From assembly GCA_035999615.1 (NCBI GenBank), contig DASYGP010000128.1:1-24000 (forward strand): DNA of 24,000 bases. The letters are read 5' to 3'. This document shows, piece after piece, positions 6,264 to 17,216 of the stretch; within the stretch, counting starts at the first letter, position 1, and each line of letters starts with the position of its first letter. The translations under genes were made by a program, and so were the position numbers. Under the pieces are notes generated by a model. That model saw nothing but the letters and a program-made list of their open reading frames with translations, made no database searches and had not been told where the DNA came from. The DNA comes from Mycobacteriales bacterium (GTDB lineage: Bacteria; Actinomycetota; Actinomycetes; Mycobacteriales; CAJCIY01).

Positions 6264-7292
6264 GTGCCCATCGCGACCCCCGAGATTTACGCCCAGATGC
6301 TGGACCGCGCCCACCGGGACCAGTTCGCGTATCCGGCCATCAACGTGACGAGTTCCAGCACCCTCAACGCGGCCCTGCAAGGGTTCGCCGACGCCGGCAG
6401 CGATGGGATCGTCCAGATCTCGACCGGAGGCGCCGAGTTCGCGTCGGGTCTCGGGGTGAAGAACATGGTGACGGGCGGGGTGGCCCTCGCGGAGTTCGCG
6501 CATGTGGTGGCCGCGAAATACCCGATGCACATCGCGTTGCACACCGACCACTGCCCGAAGGACAAGCTCGACGGCTACCTGCGGCCGCTGCTCGCGCTGA
6601 GCACGGAGCGGGTCAAAGCTGGGCGCCCACCGCTGTTCCAGTCGCACATGTGGGATGGCTCGGCCGTGGAGCTCGAGGAGAACCTCTCGACCGCCCGCGA
6701 GCTGCTGACCGCCTGCGCCGCAGCCAATATCGTGCTGGAACTGGAGATCGGCGTGGTCGGCGGCGAGGAGGATGGCGTCGCCAACGAGGTCAACGAGAAG
6801 CTGTATACGACGCCCGGTGACATGCTGCGCACCGCCGAAGTGCTGGGTCTGGGGGAAAGCGGACGGTACCTGCTCGCGGCGACCTTCGGGAACGTGCACG
6901 GCTCCTACAAGCCCGGGCATGTGAAGCTGCGCCCGGAGATCCTGGCGGAGGGGCAGAAGTTCGTGGGGGAGAAGCTGGCCGCCGGGGACAAGCCCTTTCA
7001 GCTGGTTTTCCACGGCGGTTCGGGCTCCGAACTGTCCGAAATCCGATCCACCCTTGACTACGGCGTCGTGAAAATGAACGTGGACACCGACTGCCAATAC
7101 GCCTACACCCGCCCGGTCGCCGGCCACATGTTCGAGCACTACGACGGCGTGCTGAAGGTCGACGGCGACGTAGGTGTGAAGAAGAATTACGACCCGCGGA
7201 CCTGGGGCAAACTCGCCGAAGCCAACATGAGCGCGCGGATCGTGCAGGCCTGCCAGGACCTCCGCAGCGCCGGCACCAGCCTGTCTTCCTGA
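6264..7292 (+). CDS. fbaA: Class II fructose-1,6-bisphosphate aldolase
   Basis: 342 aa. PIATPEIYAQMLDRA...FAYPAINV...HTDHC...FHGGSGS is unmistakably class II FBA. AGGAGGAA precedes GTG 6264. Confidence 0.95.
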   Translation: MPIATPEIYAQMLDRAHRDQFAYPAINVTSSSTLNAALQGFADAGSDGIVQISTGGAEFASGLGVKNMVTGGVALAEFAHVVAAKYPMHIALHTDHCPKDKLDGYLRPLLALSTERVKAGRPPLFQSHMWDGSAVELEENLSTARELLTACAAANIVLELEIGVVGGEEDGVANEVNEKLYTTPGDMLRTAEVLGLGESGRYLLAATFGNVHGSYKPGHVKLRPEILAEGQKFVGEKLAAGDKPFQLVFHGGSGSELSEIRSTLDYGVVKMNVDTDCQYAYTRPVAGHMFEHYDGVLKVDGDVGVKKNYDPRTWGKLAEANMSARIVQACQDLRSAGTSLSS

Positions 7293-7486
7293 GCCCCTCC
7301 CCCCTCGGCGCCGGGTCGGAGCCACCGGAATGAGGGCGCCGGGGGACCGGCCGCCGGCCGCCCACCGGCCCCACCACCGTGTGGACAGGATTCGCCAGCC
7401 GCCCGCCACTCCCGTTATCGTGGCGTGACCCCGCCCCGACCGGAGCGGGGACGCCCGCGGGGACGCCGAGTCCTGCCCGCCGCGGC

Positions 7487-7622
7487 GCGTGCCGTTCGAG
7501 GAACAACGGGCAGGAGCGGGGGACCCACTTTTCACGGGGCCCCTTGGGGCTCCTCGGGGTAAAGCCGCAGACCGCGGCGGGGCCGTCCCCGGCCCTCACC
7601 CGACAGCTGACCCCGCAGGCAC
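7487..7622 (+). promoter_or_regulatory. Putative cyclic-di-AMP riboswitch (ydaO/yuaA motif) in the leader of the Rpf-like gene
   Basis: It contains GAGCGGGGGACCCA (7514-7527), GGGGTAAAGCC and CACCCGACAGCTGACCCCGCAGGC. These occur in the same order as GAGCGGGGGACCCA, GGGGUGAAUCC and ACCCGAACCCGUCAGCUAACCUCGUAAGC in the B. subtilis ydaO element as I recall it. Small hairpins lie between them (CCGTT/AACGG, GGGGCC/GGCTCC), and GCGTGC/GCAGGC could close P1. Confidence 0.7.
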
Positions 7623-7641
7623 CAGGGGAAAGGAACCCTCC

Positions 7642-8400
7642 GTGGGCGCACACACGCGTCCGCGCAGCATGCCCGGAACAGACCGGGCTGCGAGCGCGTC
7701 TTCTCGTCGCACCTTCCGTCTCGCCGCCGTCGCAGGGACCACCGTCGCCGCGGCCGGTGCGGTGATCGCCCTGGCTCCGATGGCCAGCGCCGCCGGTGGC
7801 GCGACGCCAGGAGATTTCCAGCAATTGCGCAACTGCGAGTCGGGCGGCAATTACGCGATCAACACTGGCAACGGCTTCTACGGTGCCTACCAGTTCGACC
7901 TGGGCACCTGGCACGGTCTGGGCTACGGCGGTTACCCGAACAATGCCGCGCCGAGCGTGCAGGATCAGGCGGCCCGCCAATTGCAGGCCTCACGTGGCTG
8001 GTCCCCCTGGCCCGCGTGCAGCGCGCGGCTGGGCTTGAGCTCGGGTCGCGGCTACAGCGCCGCCCCGATCTACGCGGCCAGCCGCAGCGAAACCCGCACC
8101 GTGCTGATCAGCGCACCGTCATCGTCCGCGGGCTCGCGCGACGCCACGGCGGGCCCGGCGCCGGCCTTCGACGGCACCACCCTCGACACGTCCCTGATCG
8201 GTTCGCACCGAGACGACGTGGCGACGTGGCAGCAGCGGATGGCCAACCGCGGCTGGACGATCGCGGTGGACGGGTACTTCGGACCCCAATCCGCTTCGGT
8301 CGCCCGGGCGTTTGCCACCGAGAAGGGGCTGTCGACGCCGACCCCTGGCTCGGTCGACGCCGGCGCCTGGCAGGCTGCCTGGACCGCGCCGGTCACCTGA
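7642..8400 (+). CDS. Secreted resuscitation-promoting-factor (Rpf) type transglycosylase with a C-terminal peptidoglycan-binding (PG_binding_1-like) domain
   Basis: There is a signal/TM segment (AAVAGTTVAAAGAVIALAPMASA). The Rpf core is CESGGNYAINTGNGFYGAYQF...GWSPWPACSARLGL. The C-terminus reads WQQRMANRGWTIAVDGYFGPQSASVARAF. GGGGAAAGGAA precedes GTG 7642, and ATG 7669 is an alternative start. Confidence 0.85.
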   Translation: MGAHTRPRSMPGTDRAASASSRRTFRLAAVAGTTVAAAGAVIALAPMASAAGGATPGDFQQLRNCESGGNYAINTGNGFYGAYQFDLGTWHGLGYGGYPNNAAPSVQDQAARQLQASRGWSPWPACSARLGLSSGRGYSAAPIYAASRSETRTVLISAPSSSAGSRDATAGPAPAFDGTTLDTSLIGSHRDDVATWQQRMANRGWTIAVDGYFGPQSASVARAFATEKGLSTPTPGSVDAGAWQAAWTAPVT

Positions 8401-8444
8401 TCGAACCCGCCGTGCACCGGTGCGGACCGCCTCCGACGGCGATC

Positions 8445-9356
8445 TCACCGGTGCTCGGCGGTGCGCAGGAATTCGCGCACCACCGCCAGGTACTCCTGAT
8501 TTTGCTCGACGAAGCTCATGTGCCCGGACTGCTCGAAGATGTGCAGGGCCGCGGCCGGGAGCGCCCCCGCCATCTGCTCCGCGGCGCCCACCGGACACAC
8601 CCGATCGTGCCGTCCGGCCAGCACCAGAACGGGCTGCGTGACGGTGCCCAGCCGGTCGACCACCTCGATCGCCCCGTAGTCCGGCGCCATCGCCCGTAAC
8701 ACCTCCGGCCCATACGCCGTGCCCACCGTGCGCCGCTGATAGTCGGCGATCAACGGGGAGCGTGGGTCGGCGAAGTGAAACGGGGCCTGATCCCGCATCA
8801 GCTGCGCGAACTCGGCGCGGGTCGAGACCGTCTCCTCCGCAGCCCAGGACGCGGCGACCTGAGCCCGCAGGTCGGCCGGCTCGAAGGCGGTCAGCGCCTC
8901 CGGCAGGCCCGCGAACCAGGCCGCACTCCCAACACCGTGGCTGACGACGGTGGCTAGCGTCGCGCCGGGCGCATCGACGAGATGTTGCAGCGCCACCATC
9001 GCGCCATAACTGTGCCCGAGAACCGCATACCGCTCCGTGCCGAGACTGGCCGCGACCGCCGAGACGTCCCGGGCCATCTGCTCCAGCGTCCAGGTGGCCG
9101 GGTCGGTGTCGCGGGGTCCGCGCCCCTGGCCCCGTTGGTCCACCAGCAACAACCGGACGCCGCCCGCGCCCAGCCCGAGCGGATCCAGATAGTCCCCGAA
9201 CTCGTGATGATCGTCACCGGGGCCGCCGTGGAGCACCAGCAGTGGCAAACCCGCCGGATCGCCGCGTTCGGCCACGAACAGCCAGCTGTCCCCCACATCG
9301 ACGGCGAGTCCTTGCTCACCGTCAACCTCAACCTGCCGCACGGTGTCCGTCGTCAT
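8445..9356 (-). CDS. Alpha/beta-fold hydrolase (proline-iminopeptidase-like)
   Basis: 303 aa from ATG 9356, with an HGGPG oxyanion motif, the nucleophile elbow GHSYG and a C-terminal GH. The ORF-track start at 9521 is an upstream extension. Confidence 0.85.
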   Translation of the reverse strand: MTTDTVRQVEVDGEQGLAVDVGDSWLFVAERGDPAGLPLLVLHGGPGDDHHEFGDYLDPLGLGAGGVRLLLVDQRGQGRGPRDTDPATWTLEQMARDVSAVAASLGTERYAVLGHSYGAMVALQHLVDAPGATLATVVSHGVGSAAWFAGLPEALTAFEPADLRAQVAASWAAEETVSTRAEFAQLMRDQAPFHFADPRSPLIADYQRRTVGTAYGPEVLRAMAPDYGAIEVVDRLGTVTQPVLVLAGRHDRVCPVGAAEQMAGALPAAALHIFEQSGHMSFVEQNQEYLAVVREFLRTAEHR

Positions 9357-9373
9357 GCGGGCAAGATACGGCC

Positions 9374-12946
<3,573 letters not shown>

Positions 12947-12947
<1 letters not shown>

Positions 12948-13420
12948 TGAGTACTCGCCCGCGCGTCGCGATCGTTTCGGGCTCGCCCAGCGACGGCAAC
13001 GTGATGAGCCAGGTAGGGGCGATGCTGGACCGGTTCGAGGTGCCGTGGGACGAGGCCGTGCTGTCGGCCCACCGCGCCCCGAAGGCCCTCGCCTCCTGGA
13101 TCGATGATCTTGAACCGCGCGGCATCGAGGTGGTCATCGCCGGCGCCGGCATGGCCGCCGCGCTGCCCGGCACGGTGGCCGCGCACACCACCCTGCCGGT
13201 GATCGGCGTGCCCATCCGCGGTGGTGCGCTGGACGGGCTGGACGCGCTCCTGGCCATCGCCCAGATGCCGCCCGGCGTCCCGGTCGCCACGGTCGGCCTG
13301 AACGGGGCGAAGAACGCGGCGGTGCTGGCGGTGCAGATTCTGGCCATCGGGGACCCCGACCTGCGCGCCAAGCTGGCGCAGTTCAAGGATGACTTCGAGA
13401 AGGCGGCGCTGAACCGGTGA
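12947..13420 (+). CDS. purE: 5-(carboxyamino)imidazole ribonucleotide mutase (PurE), variant 70s-loop
   Basis: 157 aa. VAIVSGSPSD...SAHRAP...AGAGMAAALPG...PVIGVP. The ATG shares one base with the purD stop. No purK is adjacent. Confidence 0.9.
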
Positions 13421-14724
13421 TCGACAGGTACACGTTGCCGGAGATGGGCCTGGTCTGGTCCGAAGCGCACAAGTACGCGCTCTGGTGCCGGGTCGAAACG
13501 CTGGCGCTGGAGGCGCACGCCCGCAGCGGACGCGTCCCGGCCGAGGCCGTCGAACCGGTCCGGCGGGCCAAGCCACCCACGCCGGAGGCGGTGGCGGCGA
13601 TCGAGGCCGTGACCCAGCACGACGTCATCGCCTTCCTGTCCGCCTGGGCGGACAACACCAGCCCACGCGAAGCCGCCGCCTACGTGCACTTCGGGATGAC
13701 CAGCAGCGACCTGCTCGACACCGCGCTCGCCCTTCAGCTGATCGACGCCACGGACATCGTGCTGGCCAAGGCGGATGGCCTCGTGGCCGCGTTGCGCGAT
13801 CTTGCCCTGGAGCAACGCGACACGATCCGGGTCGGCCGCACGCACGGCGTTCACGGCGAGCCGGACACCTTCGGCCACCGGCTGGCCGACTTCGCCTTCG
13901 CCGCCTCGCGCTGCCGCGACCGGCTGCGCTCCGCGCGGATCGAGGTCGGGGTCGCGAAAATCAGCGGCGCGGTGGGGACGTACTCCAACATCGACCCCGA
14001 CGTCGAGACCTATGTCGCCGCGCAGCTCGGACTCCAGCCCGCGCCGGTGGCCAGCCAAGTCGTCATCCGCGACGGCATCGCCAACTGGGTTGCCGCCCTG
14101 GCCGGCCTCGCCACCGTCTGCGAGGCGGTGGCGCTGGAGGTCCGGCACGGCCAGCGCACCGAGGTCCGCGAGCTGGCCGAGCCATTCGGCAAGGGCCAGA
14201 AGGGCTCCAGCGCCATGCCGCACAAGAAGAACCCGATCATGTCCGAGCGGATCTGCGGGCTGGCGCGCGTCGTCCGGGCGCAGTACGTCCCGGTGCTCGA
14301 GGGCGTCCCGCTGTGGCACGAGCGCGACATCAGCCACAGCAGCGTGGAGCGGGTCAGTCTCCCCGACGCGAGCATCACCACCGACTACGTGCTGCACCTG
14401 ACCACCCGGCTGATCAACGGATTGCAGGTGGACAAGGCGCGGATGCGGGCCAACCTGGAGTCATCCGGTGGGCTCATCTACACCAGCGCCGTCCTGCTGG
14501 AACTGGTGGCCGCCGGGCTGTCCCGGGAGGCCGCCTACACGCTCGTGCAGGGTGCCGCGATGCAGACCTGGGAGACCGGGGTCCCGTTTCGGCAGACCCT
14601 GCGGGAGCGGGCCGACGCGGCCGGTCAGCCGCTCGATGAGCACCGGCTGGACGAAGTCTGCCGGCCGGAACGCTATGTCGAACGGCTCGGCCCGGTCTTC
14701 GACCGGCTGCGGCTCTTGAGCTAG
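13417..14724 (+). CDS. purB: Adenylosuccinate lyase
   Basis: 435 aa. GTG 13417 overlaps the purE stop (GTGA). It carries the fumarate-lyase signature GSSAMPHKKNP. Confidence 0.95.
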   Translation: MIDRYTLPEMGLVWSEAHKYALWCRVETLALEAHARSGRVPAEAVEPVRRAKPPTPEAVAAIEAVTQHDVIAFLSAWADNTSPREAAAYVHFGMTSSDLLDTALALQLIDATDIVLAKADGLVAALRDLALEQRDTIRVGRTHGVHGEPDTFGHRLADFAFAASRCRDRLRSARIEVGVAKISGAVGTYSNIDPDVETYVAAQLGLQPAPVASQVVIRDGIANWVAALAGLATVCEAVALEVRHGQRTEVRELAEPFGKGQKGSSAMPHKKNPIMSERICGLARVVRAQYVPVLEGVPLWHERDISHSSVERVSLPDASITTDYVLHLTTRLINGLQVDKARMRANLESSGGLIYTSAVLLELVAAGLSREAAYTLVQGAAMQTWETGVPFRQTLRERADAAGQPLDEHRLDEVCRPERYVERLGPVFDRLRLLS

Positions 14725-14763
14725 CCGGTGGGCCCGGTGGGCTGGCGGGTCGGCGCCGGACGA

Positions 14764-14769
14764 TAGAGT
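14764..14769 (+). promoter_or_regulatory. Candidate -10 hexamer TAGAGT positioned for a leaderless purC transcript
   Basis: TAGAGT ends 7 nt before the purC GTG (14776). There is no SD-like sequence in between. Confidence 0.3.
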
Positions 14770-14775
14770 CAGGTT

Positions 14776-15693
14776 GTGCCGCTCGCCCCCGACACCCTCG
14801 TTGGTCTCACCCACCTCGCCTCGGGCAAGGTCCGGGAACTGTTCGCCGTGGACGACGCGAACGGCAATCCGGCCATCCTGCTGGTGGCCAGCGACCGCAT
14901 CTCCGCCTACGACGTGGTGCTCCCCACCGAGATCCCGGACAAGGGTGCCGTGTTGACCGCGCTCAGCCTGTGGTGGTTCGAGCAGCTCGCGGACATCGTC
15001 CCTGGGCATGTGATCAGCGCGAACGTGGCGGACTACCCGCCGGCCCTGCAGGCACACCGGGAGCTGCTGCGCGGCCGGTCCATGCTCTGCACCAGGTTGG
15101 CCATGGTTCCGGTCGAATGCGTGGTCCGCGGGTATCTCACCGGGTCAGGATTCAAGGACTACCAGCGGACGGGCGCCGTGTCCGGGCATCCCCTGCCGGC
15201 AGGACTCCGGGACGGAGACCGTCTCCCGGGGCCGATCTACACCCCGTCCACGAAGGCCCCCATCGGCGAGCACGATGAGAACATCACCCGGGCGCAAGCC
15301 GAGGAGATGCTCGGCGCCGAGACCGCCCGCGAGCTCGAGCGGATCACCCTCGCCGTGTACGCCCGGGCCAGCGAGTTGGCGGCGGCCAGCGGGATCCTGC
15401 TCGCCGACACGAAGATCGAGATCGGCCGGGACGCGGCCGGTCGGCTCATCCTCGCCGATGAGGTACTCACCCCGGACTCGTCGCGTTTCTGGCCGGCGGA
15501 TGCCTGGTCACCCGGTCAGACGCAGCCCAGCTACGACAAGCAATACGTCCGCGACTGGCTCACCGCGTCCGGTCACGCCGGACAGGCGGTCGAATTGCCC
15601 GCGGATGTGGTGGCCCAGACCCGGGACCGCTACGTCGAGGCCTACGAACGGTTGACCGGCAACTCCTTCGAGGACTACCTGCGGGCCGTCTGA
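14776..15693 (+). CDS. purC: Phosphoribosylaminoimidazole-succinocarboxamide (SAICAR) synthase
   Basis: 305 aa of the long actinobacterial type. GKVRELF...LLVASDRISAYD...LADTKIE are SAICAR synthase signatures. Confidence 0.95.
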   Translation: MPLAPDTLVGLTHLASGKVRELFAVDDANGNPAILLVASDRISAYDVVLPTEIPDKGAVLTALSLWWFEQLADIVPGHVISANVADYPPALQAHRELLRGRSMLCTRLAMVPVECVVRGYLTGSGFKDYQRTGAVSGHPLPAGLRDGDRLPGPIYTPSTKAPIGEHDENITRAQAEEMLGAETARELERITLAVYARASELAAASGILLADTKIEIGRDAAGRLILADEVLTPDSSRFWPADAWSPGQTQPSYDKQYVRDWLTASGHAGQAVELPADVVAQTRDRYVEAYERLTGNSFEDYLRAV

Positions 15694-15695
15694 CC

Positions 15696-15941
15696 ATGGC
15701 GCGCATCGTGGTCGATGTCATGCTCAAGCCGGAAATCTTGGATCCGCAGGGTCAAGCGATCCTCGGCGCGTTGCCGACGCTGGGCATGACCGGCATCACC
15801 TCGGTGCGGCAGGGCAAGCACTTCGAAGTCCACGTTGACGGGGCGGCGGACGACGCCGCTTTGTCCCGGGTGCGCGAATTGGCCGCGAGGTTGCTGGCCA
15901 ATCCGGTGATCGAGGATTTCGCGCTCCACGTCGAAGCCTGA
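15696..15941 (+). CDS. purS: Phosphoribosylformylglycinamidine synthase subunit PurS
   Basis: 81 aa. The protein begins MARIVVDVMLKPEILDPQGQAI (typical PurS). It starts 2 bp after the purC stop. Confidence 0.9.
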   Translation: MARIVVDVMLKPEILDPQGQAILGALPTLGMTGITSVRQGKHFEVHVDGAADDAALSRVRELAARLLANPVIEDFALHVEA

Positions 15942-15998
15942 GCCGCTGAGGGTTCCGCTGCCGAGGTCCCGGGTAGCAACGCAGGTGTGGAGATCACG

Positions 15999-16448
15999 AT
16001 GGCGCTGTGCTTACCCCGAGACGCGGCCAGCGTCCCGGTGGTGCGCCGGATCGCCACGCAGGCCCTGCGGTCCGTCGGTTTCCACGACGAGGACGTTTCG
16101 GACATGGAGCTCGCGCTTACGGAGGCGGCGAGCAATGTGCTGCGGCACAGCCGTGACGGGGACAATTACGAGGTTCGGGTGGAACTCGTCGACACCGAGC
16201 TGACCATCGAGGTCGTCGACGCCGGGCACGGCTTCGACAGCGACGGGCTCGGCCGCGACGAAGCGCTGGGCACCGCCGAGACCGGGCGGGGCATCCAGCT
16301 GATGCGCGCGCTCACCGATGACATTCGGTTCAATTACCGAGTCGATCACGGAAGCGTGGTTCGGATGGTCAAGACCCTGCGGGTGGAGGCGGACTCGCCA
16401 CTGGCCACGTTGGAGGCGCTGGCCGCTCGCGGCGAATCGGCGCGGTGA
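15999..16448 (+). CDS. RsbW/SpoIIAB-like ATP-binding protein (HATPase_c_2 anti-sigma-factor-type Ser/Thr kinase)
   Basis: It has an N-box EAASNVLRHS, a G1 box VVDAGHGF and a G2 box GRGIQLM. GGAGA lies 5 nt before ATG 15999, and the ORF-track GTG 15987 is an alternative start. Confidence 0.8.
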   Translation: MALCLPRDAASVPVVRRIATQALRSVGFHDEDVSDMELALTEAASNVLRHSRDGDNYEVRVELVDTELTIEVVDAGHGFDSDGLGRDEALGTAETGRGIQLMRALTDDIRFNYRVDHGSVVRMVKTLRVEADSPLATLEALAARGESAR

Positions 16449-16469
16449 GCTGGCCGGTACTGTGGGTAT

Positions 16470-16541
16470 GTGGCAAACCCCGCCGGAAGGTACGTGGCGA
16501 ACCCCGCCGGAAGCCCACTGGCGCGCCCCGCCGGTCGCGGT
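16470..16541 (+). repeat. Three tandem 24-bp units, each beginning with a potential start codon and containing an SD-like GGAAG
   Basis: The units are GTGGCAAACCCCGCCGGAAGGTAC (16470-16493), GTGGCGAACCCCGCCGGAAGCCCA (16494-16517) and CTGGCGCGCCCCGCCGGTCGCGGT (16518-16541). They are in frame with purQ and encode [23 protein letters not shown]. Confidence 0.85.
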
Positions 16542-17216
16542 CCCCGGATCGGTGTGGTGACCTTCCCCGGCAGCCTCGACGACCGCGACGTGCAGGCGGC
16601 GATAGCACTGGCCGGCGGGCAATCCGTCCCGCTCTGGCACGCTGATCCTGACCTGGGAGATGTCCAGGCCGTTGTCCTTCCCGGCGGGTTTTCCTACGGC
16701 GACTACTTGCGCTGCGGGGCGATCGCCCGCTTTTCCGCGGTGATGGCGGAGATCATCGAGGCGGCGGGGCAAGGGCTGCCCGTACTCGGGATTTGTAACG
16801 GGTTTCAGGTCTTGTGCGAATCGCATCTGCTGCCCGGGGCACTGCTGCGCAACGCCGGTCTGCATTACGTCTGCCGCGATCAAGGCCTGCTGGTGGAGCG
16901 CACCTCGACCGCGTGGACCACCGGTTACCAGCAAGGGCAGCAGATCGTGGTCCCCATCAAGCACGGCGAAGGCCGCTATGTCGCCGACCGCGCCACCCTC
17001 GACCGGCTGGAAGGGGAGAATCGCGTCGTCTTCCGCTACGCGGGAGGAAACCCGAATGGCAGCCTGCATGACATCGCCGGCATCACCAACACCCGCGGCA
17101 ATGTCGTTGGTCTGATGCCGCATCCCGAGCACGCCGCGGACCCGCTGGTCGGCGCGTCCGCCGACGGCCTGGCGATGTTCACCAGTGTGCTGACCGCGCT
17201 GCTGAGCAGCCGATGA
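16494..17216 (+). CDS. purQ: Phosphoribosylformylglycinamidine synthase subunit PurQ (glutaminase)
   Basis: The conserved core starts at [15 protein letters not shown] (16545) and includes GICNGFQ and MPHPEH. The start is uncertain: GTG 16494 (preceded by GGAAGG), GTG 16470 or CTG 16518. All three lie inside the 24-bp repeat. Confidence 0.9.
   Translation: MANPAGSPLARPAGRGPRIGVVTFPGSLDDRDVQAAIALAGGQSVPLWHADPDLGDVQAVVLPGGFSYGDYLRCGAIARFSAVMAEIIEAAGQGLPVLGICNGFQVLCESHLLPGALLRNAGLHYVCRDQGLLVERTSTAWTTGYQQGQQIVVPIKHGEGRYVADRATLDRLEGENRVVFRYAGGNPNGSLHDIAGITNTRGNVVGLMPHPEHAADPLVGASADGLAMFTSVLTALLSSR

Noticed and set aside
6168-7535. 455-aa ORF on the minus strand
   Set aside because: It is antisense to the unmistakable class II aldolase gene. 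Its Arg/Gly/Ala/Pro-rich composition is typical of shadow ORFs in high-GC DNA, and no domain is recognisable.
7489-7641. N-terminal extension of the Rpf ORF (ORF-track start 7489)
   Set aside because: This stretch coincides with the riboswitch-like element and has non-protein-like composition. A good SD precedes GTG 7642, and the signal peptide follows that start.
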